Shown here: positions 10,806 to 21,146 of the stretch, piece by piece
Layout: each line of letters starts with the position of its first letter
Position numbering within the stretch: position 1 is the first letter of the stretch
Source: Ignavibacteriota bacterium
Lineage (GTDB): Bacteria > Bacteroidota > Ignavibacteria > UBA10030
DNA: 64,000 nucleotides
Assembly: GCA_963701295.1 (NCBI GenBank)
Contig: OY969585.1
Span: forward strand, 864,001-928,000
Direction of reading: 5' to 3'
The notes under the pieces: model-generated
Told to the model about the DNA's origin: nothing
The model's input: the letters and a program-made list of their open reading frames with translations, nothing else
Database searches by the model: none
Made by a program: the position numbers and the translations under genes

Positions 10806-10829
10806 GAAAGCCCTCCTCGCGAAGGGCTT
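10806..10829 (-). terminator. Rho-independent terminator after the DUF4340 gene
   Basis: AAGCCCT-N8-AGGGCTT stem followed by a T-rich run on the minus strand. Confidence 0.6.
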
Positions 10830-10886
10830 ATCTATCTGTTGAAGTCTCACCACTGTAACTATGTATCACTTTCTACGACTGAATTC

Positions 10887-11777
10887 TTACTTCTTGCTTA
10901 ACTCTACAATCTCCTTCTTCCGTTTCAAAATTTGGTTCGCCCTCCACGGTTCTAGGACAAACCATTGAGATGAATGAGAAGATTGAACAGCATACTTATT
11001 CGTCGTTTTGTTAAGCGAGAAACGAATCTGTACACCGGCATACGTTACCGCCGCCATAATCTTCGGCGATAGTGTGCTGTCAATAAAGTCATCTGCTTGA
11101 AGATTGGAAAGTGAGGAAAGAACACCGTCTATTACCGATCGTTGTACCCTGTCCTTTCCGATAAGCCATGTACTGTCTTTAAATGCTATCGAAAATATTG
11201 TATCACCATATTGGTACTGCACTTCTTTTATGCTTTCCTTCGGTGTGGTGAAAATCGTTTTGTCACGCCAATCTTTTACCGGACGGTTAAACATATAGCT
11301 GTATGCCCCTTCGACAAGGAGAACATCATTGGAATTAAGTCTGCGGGCGTACGACTCAGTGTAACTTGCCGCCATCTTACCAAGAATCAATGATGTCTTT
11401 TCAATCCCTTTTTCATACACCTTTACTTCTGTTCCTGTTTGATCAACTTGAAAGACGGAATGCTTTTCTGGTTTGCTGGAGACAGTGCTTTTAACCTCAA
11501 GGTTTTTTATCTGATGAATGATTTGACCGACATTTGTTTGATTTGCTTTATAGTTGATCGGTTGAGCAATATACCATTCAGTTCCACGTTTTTCTAATAC
11601 AAGAAAAAGCGTTGGTGTTTTGATTTCTATTTTGTCCACTGATACAGAATCGATAACAGTTAAGAAACCCGTACTTGCCGAACTTGCACTTTGTTCTCCG
11701 GGTTTTTGAAGAACAAGAAAGGCAACGATCAACAAAACAACGAACAATCCAATTAGAATGTATGTGTTCTTCTTCAT
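10887..11777 (-). CDS. DUF4340-domain protein
   Basis: N-terminal TM anchor, W.I..P..YKAN and DWRDKTIF motifs; typical position after a GldG-like gene. Confidence 0.8.
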   Translation of the reverse strand: MKKNTYILIGLFVVLLIVAFLVLQKPGEQSASSASTGFLTVIDSVSVDKIEIKTPTLFLVLEKRGTEWYIAQPINYKANQTNVGQIIHQIKNLEVKSTVSSKPEKHSVFQVDQTGTEVKVYEKGIEKTSLILGKMAASYTESYARRLNSNDVLLVEGAYSYMFNRPVKDWRDKTIFTTPKESIKEVQYQYGDTIFSIAFKDSTWLIGKDRVQRSVIDGVLSSLSNLQADDFIDSTLSPKIMAAVTYAGVQIRFSLNKTTNKYAVQSSHSSQWFVLEPWRANQILKRKKEIVELSKK

Positions 11778-11804
11778 AGCTCTTTACTTTCCACATTCTC
11801 CTAT

Positions 11805-13358
11805 CTACAGTTGGCTTTCTAACGATCGTTTCAACGCGAGGCGCCGTCTCCATCGCAGCAAACCATAACCAATAACAAGGAACGGCGGCAAGATGAGGGC
11901 GCCATACTTTAGAATCTTCTTGGTTCCATCAGAGACCTGTTCCAGTGGAGGTTGATCAATGTCCTTAGAGCGAATCGTAATTAAACCGGCATCGTCGGCA
12001 AGGAAATCTACAATATTGACAAAGAATGTCATATTGCCTCGATTACCGGCGAAGTCGTCTTTCATAAAATCACCGTCACCCACGACAATAATGCGCGTAT
12101 CAGGACTTTTGGTCGTGTGTGGTACCAAAGATTTTCCTTCAAAGAAGCTTTTAAAGGAACCACTCACAACCGCAGCCATCGGAATATTGGATTCTGCCAG
12201 CTCTTCTGGTATATAGCGATGGAACGGATCAACCATAACAAATCCACTTTGTCGCCCGCTGTGTTTAGAAGAACGAACTAAGACTTCTGCTTTCAGTCCT
12301 TTCTTTGCTGCGGGAGTCGTATCAAGCGAGCTTACGAAGTAGAAAATTAGTCCCTGTAAATCTTTTACAATTGGATTTGACCGATCAAAATTGACAGCAT
12401 TGGGAAGATATGGAAATGGTATCTGGCTTCGCATCTGAAATTGACCCTGGTTCTGCATCACGGTTATGTTGGCACATTGTTCATCTCGTACCAAATCGTC
12501 GTTGATGCGGATACCATAATTCTCAAGTATATCTTCCAATCCAATATCCACCGACTGTGCAACCTTATACTGAGCACTAAGATCGACATTCATTTTGTTA
12601 AGCATAAATGCTACTTTTCCGCCGTGCATGAGATATTGATCGATCTGATATTTCGCTGTGTCGGAGAATTTCGTTTGAGGCGCTATGATAAGTAACGTCG
12701 CCAGATCTTGTGGAATCTCAGCAATATTTGAACTCAGATCGACCGGTACTGATTCATATTGTGCATTGATCTCTTGACTCGCTCGCTGCATGCTGTTCAG
12801 CGCCGTTTCCTGATGACCGGTTGTATAACCGATTCTTTTCTTTTCGCGGGAAGTTAATCGTTTGATTGCTGAGCTGATATCATATTCTAGCGAACTAAGA
12901 TTTCGTATGACGGGCAAAACTTCTTTTTTGTCTTCGTACATCATCACTAAGCCGAGGAATGCACGTTTCACTTCATATTTATCTTCCTTCACTATTTGTA
13001 CTTCTACCGGAGGAATTCCTGCCTGCTGCGCCTCGCGTTCATTCTTCTCGCCTTCCGGGTTGATGAACTCGTAATACAGATTACCTTTCGAGTATGCCTT
13101 ATAGTCATTGAGAATATCCAGCACAGCGCGACGATTGTTATTATATGGTTCCGGGAGCTCTTCCGTGAAATATGCCTTTATCGTAATACGGTCATCGAGA
13201 TTGCGTACCAGATTTTTACTTGCATCGGAAAGCGTGTACACTCCTGCTTTCGTCAAGTCGAGACGGCCGAAGATGCGCACAGAAATGAAGTTCACCAAAA
13301 TCAGAATCCCGAGAACTAACAGTACTCGGAGAATTGTTTGAGTTTTTTTAGTATTCAT
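11805..13358 (-). CDS. gldG: GldG-family ABC transporter auxiliary/substrate-binding component
   Basis: RLDLT...YTLS, IGYTTGHQE, IDQYLMHGGK, VVGDGDF; TM segments at both termini. Confidence 0.88.
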   Translation of the reverse strand: MNTKKTQTILRVLLVLGILILVNFISVRIFGRLDLTKAGVYTLSDASKNLVRNLDDRITIKAYFTEELPEPYNNNRRAVLDILNDYKAYSKGNLYYEFINPEGEKNEREAQQAGIPPVEVQIVKEDKYEVKRAFLGLVMMYEDKKEVLPVIRNLSSLEYDISSAIKRLTSREKKRIGYTTGHQETALNSMQRASQEINAQYESVPVDLSSNIAEIPQDLATLLIIAPQTKFSDTAKYQIDQYLMHGGKVAFMLNKMNVDLSAQYKVAQSVDIGLEDILENYGIRINDDLVRDEQCANITVMQNQGQFQMRSQIPFPYLPNAVNFDRSNPIVKDLQGLIFYFVSSLDTTPAAKKGLKAEVLVRSSKHSGRQSGFVMVDPFHRYIPEELAESNIPMAAVVSGSFKSFFEGKSLVPHTTKSPDTRIIVVGDGDFMKDDFAGNRGNMTFFVNIVDFLADDAGLITIRSKDIDQPPLEQVSDGTKKILKYGALILPPFLVIGYGLLRWRRRLALKRSLESQL

Positions 13359-13416
13359 AGAAGTTAAAAATCAGTTTTCAATAGTACATTGGACATTCTC
13401 ACATCGGAAATCGGCA

Positions 13417-14160
13417 TTACCACTTACGTCGTTCCAGTGAGACAACTGAGAGATACAATGAAAATCCAAGAACAGAAAGAAAATACACAACATCCCGCGT
13501 ATCGATCACACCTCGTGCGATGTTAGAGAAATGGAAATCGACGCTCAAAAATTGCAGAATACCTGTCGCAAAGTCGGGCATGACGATCAACATCTTATCA
13601 ATAAAAAAGAGGACGATACAGAAAAATAAGCCAAGCATAAACGCAACGATCTGGTTTTCCGTTAGACTTGATGCCAATAGTCCTACCGCTACATAGACAC
13701 CAGTCATGAGCATCAACCCGAGATATCCTCCAACTACAGGACCATGGTCGATATCACCAAGAAACACAATGATGAGATAATAGACAAGTGTGGGAAGCAC
13801 AGTAATACCAACGAATGCCCATGATGCAAGAAATTTTCCAAGCACGATTTCTGCGTCGTGGAGTGGCTTTGTGGATAGGAGTTCTATTGTACCGGATTTT
13901 CGTTCTTCCGCCAGAAGGCGCATAGTCATCGCAGGAATCACAAAGAGAAAAATAATGCTAGCATATTCAAACATATTCCGGAGCGTCGCAATATTGACAA
14001 GGAAAATGTTGCTAGCGTAGAACCAGCCCATCAGAACAAAAAAGACTACTATAACTACGTATGCAATCGCCGAATTGAAATATGAACGCAGCTCTTTCCG
14101 AAAAATTGTGTTTGTATTGCTTAAGCTTGATAATGCTTTAATGTAATTCTCTATATTCAT
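13417..14160 (-). CDS. gldF: GldF-like ABC-2 permease
   Basis: KELRSYFNS, PAMTMRLLAEERKSGTIELL, LTENQIVA, RGVIDTRD, ERRKW. Confidence 0.9.
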   Translation of the reverse strand: MNIENYIKALSSLSNTNTIFRKELRSYFNSAIAYVVIVVFFVLMGWFYASNIFLVNIATLRNMFEYASIIFLFVIPAMTMRLLAEERKSGTIELLSTKPLHDAEIVLGKFLASWAFVGITVLPTLVYYLIIVFLGDIDHGPVVGGYLGLMLMTGVYVAVGLLASSLTENQIVAFMLGLFFCIVLFFIDKMLIVMPDFATGILQFLSVDFHFSNIARGVIDTRDVVYFLSVLGFSLYLSVVSLERRKW

Positions 14161-14190
14161 ATTTGATTACCTACGATTATTGTGAATCAA

Positions 14191-15147
14191 CTACTCAGAA
14201 GTTGTCAACTTACGGAACACATCTTCCAAACTTGTCGCTTTACGCGACATTTCCAATAAGATCCATTCTTCGGATACCGCCCGTCGGAAAATTTCTTCAC
14301 GAATATCGCTTCCCTTGACGGTATGAATGAAGAACTTATGCAGATCGCCCTCCTGTCCGACGTACTCGACCGACTCAACCTGTGAAATTTCTTTGAACTT
14401 CGGATATATATCCGTCATTGCGTTGACAATCTTGCCTGCCGGTAATTTTATTTCCAGTGAAATCTTTTCCGATCCGCGGAAATTTTGCTGTAATTGCTCA
14501 AGTGTCCCATCGGCAACAATCCCTCCGTCATTAATGATGATGACGCGGTCACATGTTGCCTGTACTTCCGTGAGAATATGCGTGGAAAGCACAACGGTTT
14601 TTGCACGGCCAAGCTGGCGGATGAGATTCCGGATTTCCACAATTTGATTTGGATCAAGACCGCTGGTCGGTTCATCAAGTATAAGAACTTCGGGATCATG
14701 GATCATCGCCTGCGCAAGTCCCACACGTTGGCGAAATCCTTTCGACAATTCGCCGATGTCTTTGTGTCGAACTCCGGCAATACCGCAGACATCGATCATC
14801 TCTTTCAAACGGCTTTTTAACAATCCGTCTTTCAGTCCATGCAAACGTGCAGAGTACTCAAGGTATTCTAGAACGTTCATATCAAAATAGAGCGGATTCA
14901 TTTCCGGCAGATAGCCGATTTTTTTCCGTACTTCAAATGAATGCTCAGCGATATCGAATCCTTCTACTTCCACCGAGCCTGAAGTCGGCAGCATGTAGCA
15001 AGTGATAATCTTCATTGTGGTGGTCTTCCCGGCGCCATTTGGGCCGAGAAAACCGAGAATTTCACCGGTCTTGACATCAAACGAGATGTCGTTCACTGCT
15101 TTCTCGGTGTCATAATATTTCGTCAGGTTTCGTACTGCTATTGCCAT
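14191..15147 (-). CDS. gldA: GldA-like ABC transporter ATP-binding protein
   Basis: GPNGAGKTT, LSKGFRQRVGLAQA, LILDEPTSGLDP. Confidence 0.92.
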   Translation of the reverse strand: MAIAVRNLTKYYDTEKAVNDISFDVKTGEILGFLGPNGAGKTTTMKIITCYMLPTSGSVEVEGFDIAEHSFEVRKKIGYLPEMNPLYFDMNVLEYLEYSARLHGLKDGLLKSRLKEMIDVCGIAGVRHKDIGELSKGFRQRVGLAQAMIHDPEVLILDEPTSGLDPNQIVEIRNLIRQLGRAKTVVLSTHILTEVQATCDRVIIINDGGIVADGTLEQLQQNFRGSEKISLEIKLPAGKIVNAMTDIYPKFKEISQVESVEYVGQEGDLHKFFIHTVKGSDIREEIFRRAVSEEWILLEMSRKATSLEDVFRKLTTSE

Positions 15148-15211
15148 AGGTGTCTTATATCTATTGGTTCAGAAAATATCGGTACTAATATTGGTACTTT
15201 GGAGTGCAACA

Positions 15212-15240
15212 AGTTTATGAAAAATGATGCACATATTCAA
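15212..15240 (-). promoter_or_regulatory. Candidate sigma70 promoter for the gldAFG-like operon
   Basis: TTGAAT-N17-TAAACT about 65 nt upstream of the ATG. Confidence 0.55.
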
Positions 15241-15534
15241 GAACCTTTTTCAGATTTTTATTTTTCAGTTATGTGGTACATAATCAGTTCGAATGAATCC
15301 AAATAGACGGAGTGGCTTATCGAAAGGTTCCTTTATCTCTCCAGATATTTGATTTTTTTTGAGTAAGACAACCATGAACAATCGAACGTATTATTGATAC
15401 TCGATGCTAGAGGGAAATCGATGTAAATACTGTTATTTCTTCGAATTTATTGAGTGTTCTTGGTATCATCTTTTTTTGAGACTTCCTGTTCTGAGGGTAT
15501 TTATTCTTCGTTTTCACTATCCACTCCACAGAAC

Positions 15535-17193
15535 TTATTCAATTTGATCCTGATCCCGTATTTGTACGCGGCGTATTTTTCCACTAATGGTTTTCGGCAG
15601 CTCAGCAACAAACTCCACAATCCGGGGATATTTATAAGGAGCTGTTACTTTCTTTACATGCTCCTGCAACTCTCTTGCTAATTCATCGCTTGGATGATAA
15701 TTCTTTGAAGGAACAATCGTCGCTTTCACGATTTGCCCCCGCTCTGGATCCGGAACAGCCGTGATGGCACATTCCAGAACTGCCGGATGTTCCAGAAGAG
15801 CACTCTCAACTTCAAACGGACCGATACGATACCCAGAACTTTTAATGATATCATCTGCTCTGCCAACAAACCAGTAATATCCGTCTTCATCACGCCACGC
15901 CGTATCACCCGTATAATAAATTCCGTTTTGCCAGACTTTTTTTGTAAGCTCATCGTCACGATAATATCCATTGAACATTCCCACAGGTTTTCTTTTATCT
16001 GTACGGATAACAATCTGACCGATCTCACCCACTTCGCACACTTTCCCATCCGGACCAAGAAGATCAATATCATATCCCGGAGATGGTTTTCCCATAGAAC
16101 CCGGTTTCGGTTCCATCCACGGAAACGTTGCGACAGCGACAGTACATTCCGTCTGGCCAAAACCTTCCATCAGTTTGATTCCCATTGCGTCGAAAAATTG
16201 CTTATACACTTCGGGATTGAGGGGTTCACCAGCTACGACACAATACTTCAGATGCCGGAAATTGTATTTCGTCAAATCTTCTTTGATTAAAAACCTATAA
16301 ATGGTCGGCGGCGCACAAAACGAAGTTATCGAATACTTTTCAATCACATGCAGAAGGTTCTTGGGATGGAATTTATCATAATCGTACGTCATTACCGCGC
16401 ACCCAGACAACCACTGACCGTAAATTTTTCCCCACGCCGATTTTGCCCAGCCGGTATCAGCAATCGTAAAATGTAGGCCGTTATCCTTCACGTTCTGCCA
16501 GTACTTCGCCGTAAGAATATGTCCGAGTGGATACGCAAAGTTGTGATTCACCATTTTGGGCATGCCGGTCGTTCCTGAAGTGAAATACAGAAGCATGATA
16601 TCGTCATTACGCACCGCATTGTTGCCTTGAGGTTTTGTAAATATATCCGATGCCTTTTCAATTTCTTCTGTAAAATTCAACCACCCGGCGCGCGTTACGC
16701 CGATCAATGCTTTATGTTTCAAGGTCGGCGATTTCGCTTCCGCCTCTTCAACATGCTGAACCACTTCCGGGTCCGGCACACAGACGATCATTCTCACATC
16801 CGCGGTGCTATTTCGATACACAATATCTTTCGTGCTGAGAAGATGTGTTGCGGGAATTGTGATTGCACCGATTTTGTTTAAAGCCAGCACACAGAACCAA
16901 TATTCATATCGCCGTTTCAGAATAAGCATCACCGGATCGCCCTTACGGATACCGGTGGAGGTAAAGAAGTTCGCCGCCTTATCGCTGTAATATTTCATTT
17001 GTCCGAACGTAAATTTCGCTTCGCCTTCTTTGTCATCGCACCACACCATGGCAATCTTATCCGGTTCGGTACGGGCATACTCATCCACTACGTCAAAGGC
17101 AAAATTGAAATGTTCAGGTATGAGAATTTTAAAGTTTTCGATAAAATCCTGATAGGAATCGAAAGCTGTCTTCGTAAGATAGTTTTCAAGCAT
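15535..17193 (-). CDS. Short/medium-chain acyl-CoA synthetase (AMP-binding, MACS-like)
   Basis: [51 protein letters not shown]. Confidence 0.93.
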   Translation of the reverse strand: MLENYLTKTAFDSYQDFIENFKILIPEHFNFAFDVVDEYARTEPDKIAMVWCDDKEGEAKFTFGQMKYYSDKAANFFTSTGIRKGDPVMLILKRRYEYWFCVLALNKIGAITIPATHLLSTKDIVYRNSTADVRMIVCVPDPEVVQHVEEAEAKSPTLKHKALIGVTRAGWLNFTEEIEKASDIFTKPQGNNAVRNDDIMLLYFTSGTTGMPKMVNHNFAYPLGHILTAKYWQNVKDNGLHFTIADTGWAKSAWGKIYGQWLSGCAVMTYDYDKFHPKNLLHVIEKYSITSFCAPPTIYRFLIKEDLTKYNFRHLKYCVVAGEPLNPEVYKQFFDAMGIKLMEGFGQTECTVAVATFPWMEPKPGSMGKPSPGYDIDLLGPDGKVCEVGEIGQIVIRTDKRKPVGMFNGYYRDDELTKKVWQNGIYYTGDTAWRDEDGYYWFVGRADDIIKSSGYRIGPFEVESALLEHPAVLECAITAVPDPERGQIVKATIVPSKNYHPSDELARELQEHVKKVTAPYKYPRIVEFVAELPKTISGKIRRVQIRDQDQIE

Positions 17194-17214
17194 AATTCAT
17201 CTCTGACTTGATTG

Positions 17215-17769
17215 TTATAAAACAACTGCAAGCATTTTGACGGTTTTGTTGTTGAGGGCTTTCATGGCATGTGTATAGACCGAATCATAATAGATTGAAT
17301 CTCCTTCGTTTAAAATAATCTCATGGCTATCGATGATTATTTTCATCGTTCCTTCAATGACGTAATTAAACTCTTGGCCTGGGTGCGAATTAAATTCCAT
17401 CGGTGCATTTTCTTCATTCGGTTCGATTCTGACTATAAACGGCTCGGCTTCTTTATTTATAAAATTATATGCCAAGTGTTCGTACCTGTATTGCTTTCTT
17501 CGTTCAACGATTAATCCTTTGTCCTTTCGCACGACACAATATACGTGAAGCCGCGGATTCTCTCCGCTGAACAGCGCAGAAAGCTCAATACCGAATTTGT
17601 GCGCGACCTTATACAGAAACCCGATAGGGATATCGACTGTGCCGCTTTCGTAGTTCAGGAACAGTTCGTTGCTAATTCCAAGATCCTTTGCAAGAGTCTC
17701 GGCCGATGTACCGGATATTTCTCTCAACTCTTTGATCCTGCCAGCAATAAGCTGTATTTGTTCTGTCAT
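17215..17769 (-). CDS. XRE-family HTH + cupin transcriptional regulator
   Basis: N-terminal HTH (RIKELRE...YESG) and cupin H.GQEF...GDSIYYDS..H; directly upstream of the acyl-CoA synthetase. Confidence 0.9.
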   Translation of the reverse strand: MTEQIQLIAGRIKELREISGTSAETLAKDLGISNELFLNYESGTVDIPIGFLYKVAHKFGIELSALFSGENPRLHVYCVVRKDKGLIVERRKQYRYEHLAYNFINKEAEPFIVRIEPNEENAPMEFNSHPGQEFNYVIEGTMKIIIDSHEIILNEGDSIYYDSVYTHAMKALNNKTVKMLAVVL

Positions 17770-18015
17770 AGTGGTGTCCTCGAAGAAAAACCTAAACGGA
17801 ATTATACTTAATGAACTTACTTGAATATATGAATAAAATCAATTTATACAGCAGGTGTTTATGCTATGGAGATCAAAAAATCGTACCGATTTTTCTTCAA
17901 CCCGAGATGATCACCGGATATACTTTATTTCATTCCCCGTTTCTTTTTCTTGATGATGATAGGGATTTTCAGGATTCCTCCCACTCAAAACATTAATTCT
18001 CTACTCTTTTATTTT

Positions 18016-19003
18016 CTATATTTTCATCGCTGCATCTAACACACGTTGGTTTTTTAATCCTTCTTCGCCGGGAATAGGTGATGCAGTGTTATTGAGAATG
18101 GACTCTGAAAAAAGAGATACTTCCTTTTCATATAAATTCGGAACAACGATTGTTTCGTCACGCGACTCGATAGTCTTATCGTTTTCGCCAAGCATAACTT
18201 TTAGTGAAAGCGTATTGCCGCTCCACGAAAAATTTTCTGCGGAGAGAAGGCCTTTTTCCACCGATAACCTCAATATATGTACGTCGTATAGGCGCAGCAT
18301 AAGAGCAGAATATACCTGCCGTTGTTCCCCGTGAGAACTTCAGTGCAAGCTGTGCTGTGGATTCAGTTGTTACCGCGGATGGTTTCGGATCGAGCTGGCT
18401 CTTTATCGATATCACTTCGTCGTCAAGTAAAAATCAAGTGGTATCAAGATAGTGTACACAGATGTCAAAGATCGGTCCACCGCCTGCGATGTTCCGATCA
18501 ACCAGCCAAGGTCAATGTGATAGTTGTCCATCGTAAATAAACTCCGACTTGATGAACGTGAGCTTACCTATGAACCCCAACTGAATCAATTCCTTCATCC
18601 GAATGACGAGCGGCGAGAGACGCACCATATGTGCTACCATGAGCTTTACATTGTTTTTCTTGCATACTTTAATCATCATTTCCGCTTCTGTCACATTGAT
18701 CGCCATCGGTTTTTCTACCAAAACATGCTTGCCCGCCCGAGCGGCGACAAGCACCTCTGGAGCATGTTGTGAATTTGCAGAAACAATGAACACTGCATCC
18801 ACATCTGGATGTTTTACTAATGCTTCTACTGAATCGAACGCGTGCGGGATGTTGGCTGTTCGTGCTTTTTCCTCTGCCGCGACGAACGAACGTTTTTGAA
18901 TTGCCACTAATTCCGAATTGGCTGATGCTTGAATTGCTGGTGCGATTGTGTGCTCCGCAAACAAACCAAACCCAAGAATACCCTAACGCACCTTTTTTTT
19001 CAT
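18016..19003 (-). pseudogene. Gfo/Idh/MocA oxidoreductase pseudogene
   Basis: ATG 19003 reads MKKKVR*GILGFG (TAG 18983-85), then GKHVLVEKP, then SH*PWL (TGA 18512-14), GGGPIFDICVHYLDTT*FLL (TGA 18434-36), and a frameshift near 18258 into the 18016..18300 frame. Confidence 0.9.
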
Positions 19004-19153
19004 CTAAAATTTCTTTCTTTAATCAATTCACTGTAATAATAAACAAGATTTTTCTTTCATGCAAAGTGGGGCTTGAGATGAAAAGCAATGAGCAAACGGT
19101 GTATAATTGATAGCCCAATAAATTCATTCTAAGAATCAGTCTCGAGGAAACCC

Positions 19154-19182
19154 TTGAATCCTTTATGATGGTTGCTTACATT
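19154..19182 (+). promoter_or_regulatory. Candidate sigma70 promoter
   Basis: TTGAAT-N17-TACATT upstream of ATG 19238, which has an AGGAG SD. Confidence 0.5.
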
Positions 19183-19237
19183 GACGCAGTTGTTTTTCTT
19201 TGCCAACAATACGTCGAATGAATTATCAGGAGAACAT

Positions 19238-19708
19238 ATGAGGACCACGGTTTATTTCCTTTTCTGTATACTAGCCTTCATTATAGAAGGATGCACACCG
19301 TTGACACTCCGACCGGCAGATTTTTCATGGCCGATTGAAATAGTGGCGACGCCAGACAGCAGTGGAACCATCCAGATAATACGGTATAAAGTTTCCTTCA
19401 ATAGTAAGCCACTTCTTTTTGAAGAGTTGCAAGATTCCATTCATATTACTACATATTCGTTGCATGTCGTACGCGATCAGAATGGGTACTACTTTATTAC
19501 AGCCAAAGACTTTAAGAGTGTGTATGTCTTTATTCAAGAAAAAGGAGCGCTAAAGCTCGAAAAGAAAATTCCGGTGTCCGAAAAAGGCCTCGAAGCTCCA
19601 GCATTCAACCAGAAAGGATTGTTCATTCAATTGGTTAATGAACAGAAAGAGAACGAACCGTCTCTTCTTTTATCCATCGATGGAATTCAAGAAGGAGAAA
19701 AGAAATGA
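19238..19708 (+). CDS. Hypothetical lipoprotein
   Basis: SD AGGAG before ATG 19238; lipobox IEGC; overlaps the next gene (ATGA). Confidence 0.75.
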   Translation: MRTTVYFLFCILAFIIEGCTPLTLRPADFSWPIEIVATPDSSGTIQIIRYKVSFNSKPLLFEELQDSIHITTYSLHVVRDQNGYYFITAKDFKSVYVFIQEKGALKLEKKIPVSEKGLEAPAFNQKGLFIQLVNEQKENEPSLLLSIDGIQEGEKK

Positions 19709-20955
19709 AAACGGTACTCCATATCTTTGTTCTTTTTCTTCTTAGTACCTGCTTCTTAAACGCGAGGCAACTATCTGACCGATTGATCGTCAACAAATTT
19801 GAAGAATCAGTGAAAGAATTGCATCTCTTCGCCGATTCCGCGAAGACTATGCAGGATTGCGTTGAGATTAGCACGATGGTGGACGAAATTGAAGTGAAAT
19901 ATGCAGGAAAGAAAGACCTTCTTGATCGTGCTCTCTATCCGGATGATTATAGTAAAACTTTCGAAAAGCTCAGAGCTAAATTAATGATACGCCGGAACGA
20001 TCTTGGCATCATCGAAACACAATATGTCCGCATCACTGAGCTGGAGATGCAGGTCCATGGACTTTCGAATAAAGTTGATAGTCTCAGCCAGGAAAATGAA
20101 AAGCTTATGAAAGATATGGAAAGGCTGTCCATCATTGCTGCTGCCAACAAATCTCATGTTGATTCATTGCAGACGGTTATCAGCAAACTCCAGCAAAATT
20201 TGAAGGAGAGAGATCAATTGATCTTTTCTCTTGTGGATAGCCTCTTTCTGCAATACGACAAGAACATTTCAGATATGACGGATATAGAAAAACAATCTAT
20301 GTCTAGAAAACTCGAACGACACAATGTATTTACCGGTATTAAAAAATCAATAGAGGACAATCTGAAGTTTCTTCAATCAACCAATCTCACGCCGAATGAT
20401 TATGTCGAAATTGCCCGTCAGAACAATCAATTCATGAGCCGATGGAAAGGTGTCAGCCCAAAATTGTCAGACATTTATTTGTCTGGCAAAAAGAAAAAGG
20501 ACGAAGTGGCACAAATAGATTCATTACTGACAGTATGGTCAAAGGAAGTTGATCGTAGCAATTGGGCATCACTCAACACATTATTGAGCCGGAAAGGAAT
20601 AGTTCTTAAGCCATTTAGCAATGGTGATGAATTCACATCGTATTTTACTAAACATATTGATAGCCTGGTTAAAAACACAAATCAAGAACCTGAAGATATT
20701 CGCGCAAAGCAATTTAATACCTTCAACGATTCTGTTTGGAAAAACAATCTAAAACCGACATGGCTGCCGGTTTTAGTGGAATCAGGTAAATTAACTGTGG
20801 ACCAGAAAAATAAAATTGAAGAGTCTGTAGATTCCTGGCACTCCGCTGTTACTCCATCTTCGCCCATCGTGTATGCCGTAATTATTATACTCATCCTCAC
20901 CATTATCTTGGGACTTGCAATGCGTTTTCGTAAAAAACCGTCCGCACAATCATAG
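19705..20955 (+). CDS. Hypothetical exported coiled-coil protein with C-terminal membrane anchor
   Basis: Signal peptide, long heptad region around aa 100-180, C-terminal hydrophobic helix plus RFRKK. Confidence 0.8.
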   Translation: MKTVLHIFVLFLLSTCFLNARQLSDRLIVNKFEESVKELHLFADSAKTMQDCVEISTMVDEIEVKYAGKKDLLDRALYPDDYSKTFEKLRAKLMIRRNDLGIIETQYVRITELEMQVHGLSNKVDSLSQENEKLMKDMERLSIIAAANKSHVDSLQTVISKLQQNLKERDQLIFSLVDSLFLQYDKNISDMTDIEKQSMSRKLERHNVFTGIKKSIEDNLKFLQSTNLTPNDYVEIARQNNQFMSRWKGVSPKLSDIYLSGKKKKDEVAQIDSLLTVWSKEVDRSNWASLNTLLSRKGIVLKPFSNGDEFTSYFTKHIDSLVKNTNQEPEDIRAKQFNTFNDSVWKNNLKPTWLPVLVESGKLTVDQKNKIEESVDSWHSAVTPSSPIVYAVIIILILTIILGLAMRFRKKPSAQS

Positions 20956-21146
20956 TCGTATGTTCTACTGGTTTCGTTGAATCTTACACATCCATTCCTT
21001 TTCCGAGGGATAGACCTTTTTATACTGACATACGTTGAATCTCTCTCGGATAACTTGTAGATTAGGCGTGACCAGAGTATACATCGTGAAGCATTCGAAC
21101 AAAGTTTTTGTATCATCGTGATCTGAAAGATTTTAAGAAATTCCAG

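Noticed and set aside
10689-10853. 55-aa N-terminal extension of the PPIase in the ORF track
   Set aside because: It spans the upstream terminator and promoter; the ATG at 10688 has an SD and gives a proper lipoprotein signal.
11805-15147. Evidence of gliding motility
   Set aside because: GldAFG-like ABC systems with DUF4340 are widespread in non-gliding bacteria, and no motor genes are in the window.
15307-15318. 12-mer AAGCCACTCCGT (minus strand) shared with the fba leader at 27804-27815
   Set aside because: A single 12-nt match is expected by chance at this scale and the flanks do not match.
15260-15530. Possible gene remnant between gldA and the acyl-CoA synthetase
   Set aside because: Hand translation gave multiple stops and no recognisable motif.
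18434-18985. Stop-codon readthrough or recoding (selenocysteine, pyrrolysine, alternative code) in the Gfo gene
   Set aside because: Both TAG and TGA occur together with a frameshift, and both codons terminate intact genes elsewhere in the window.
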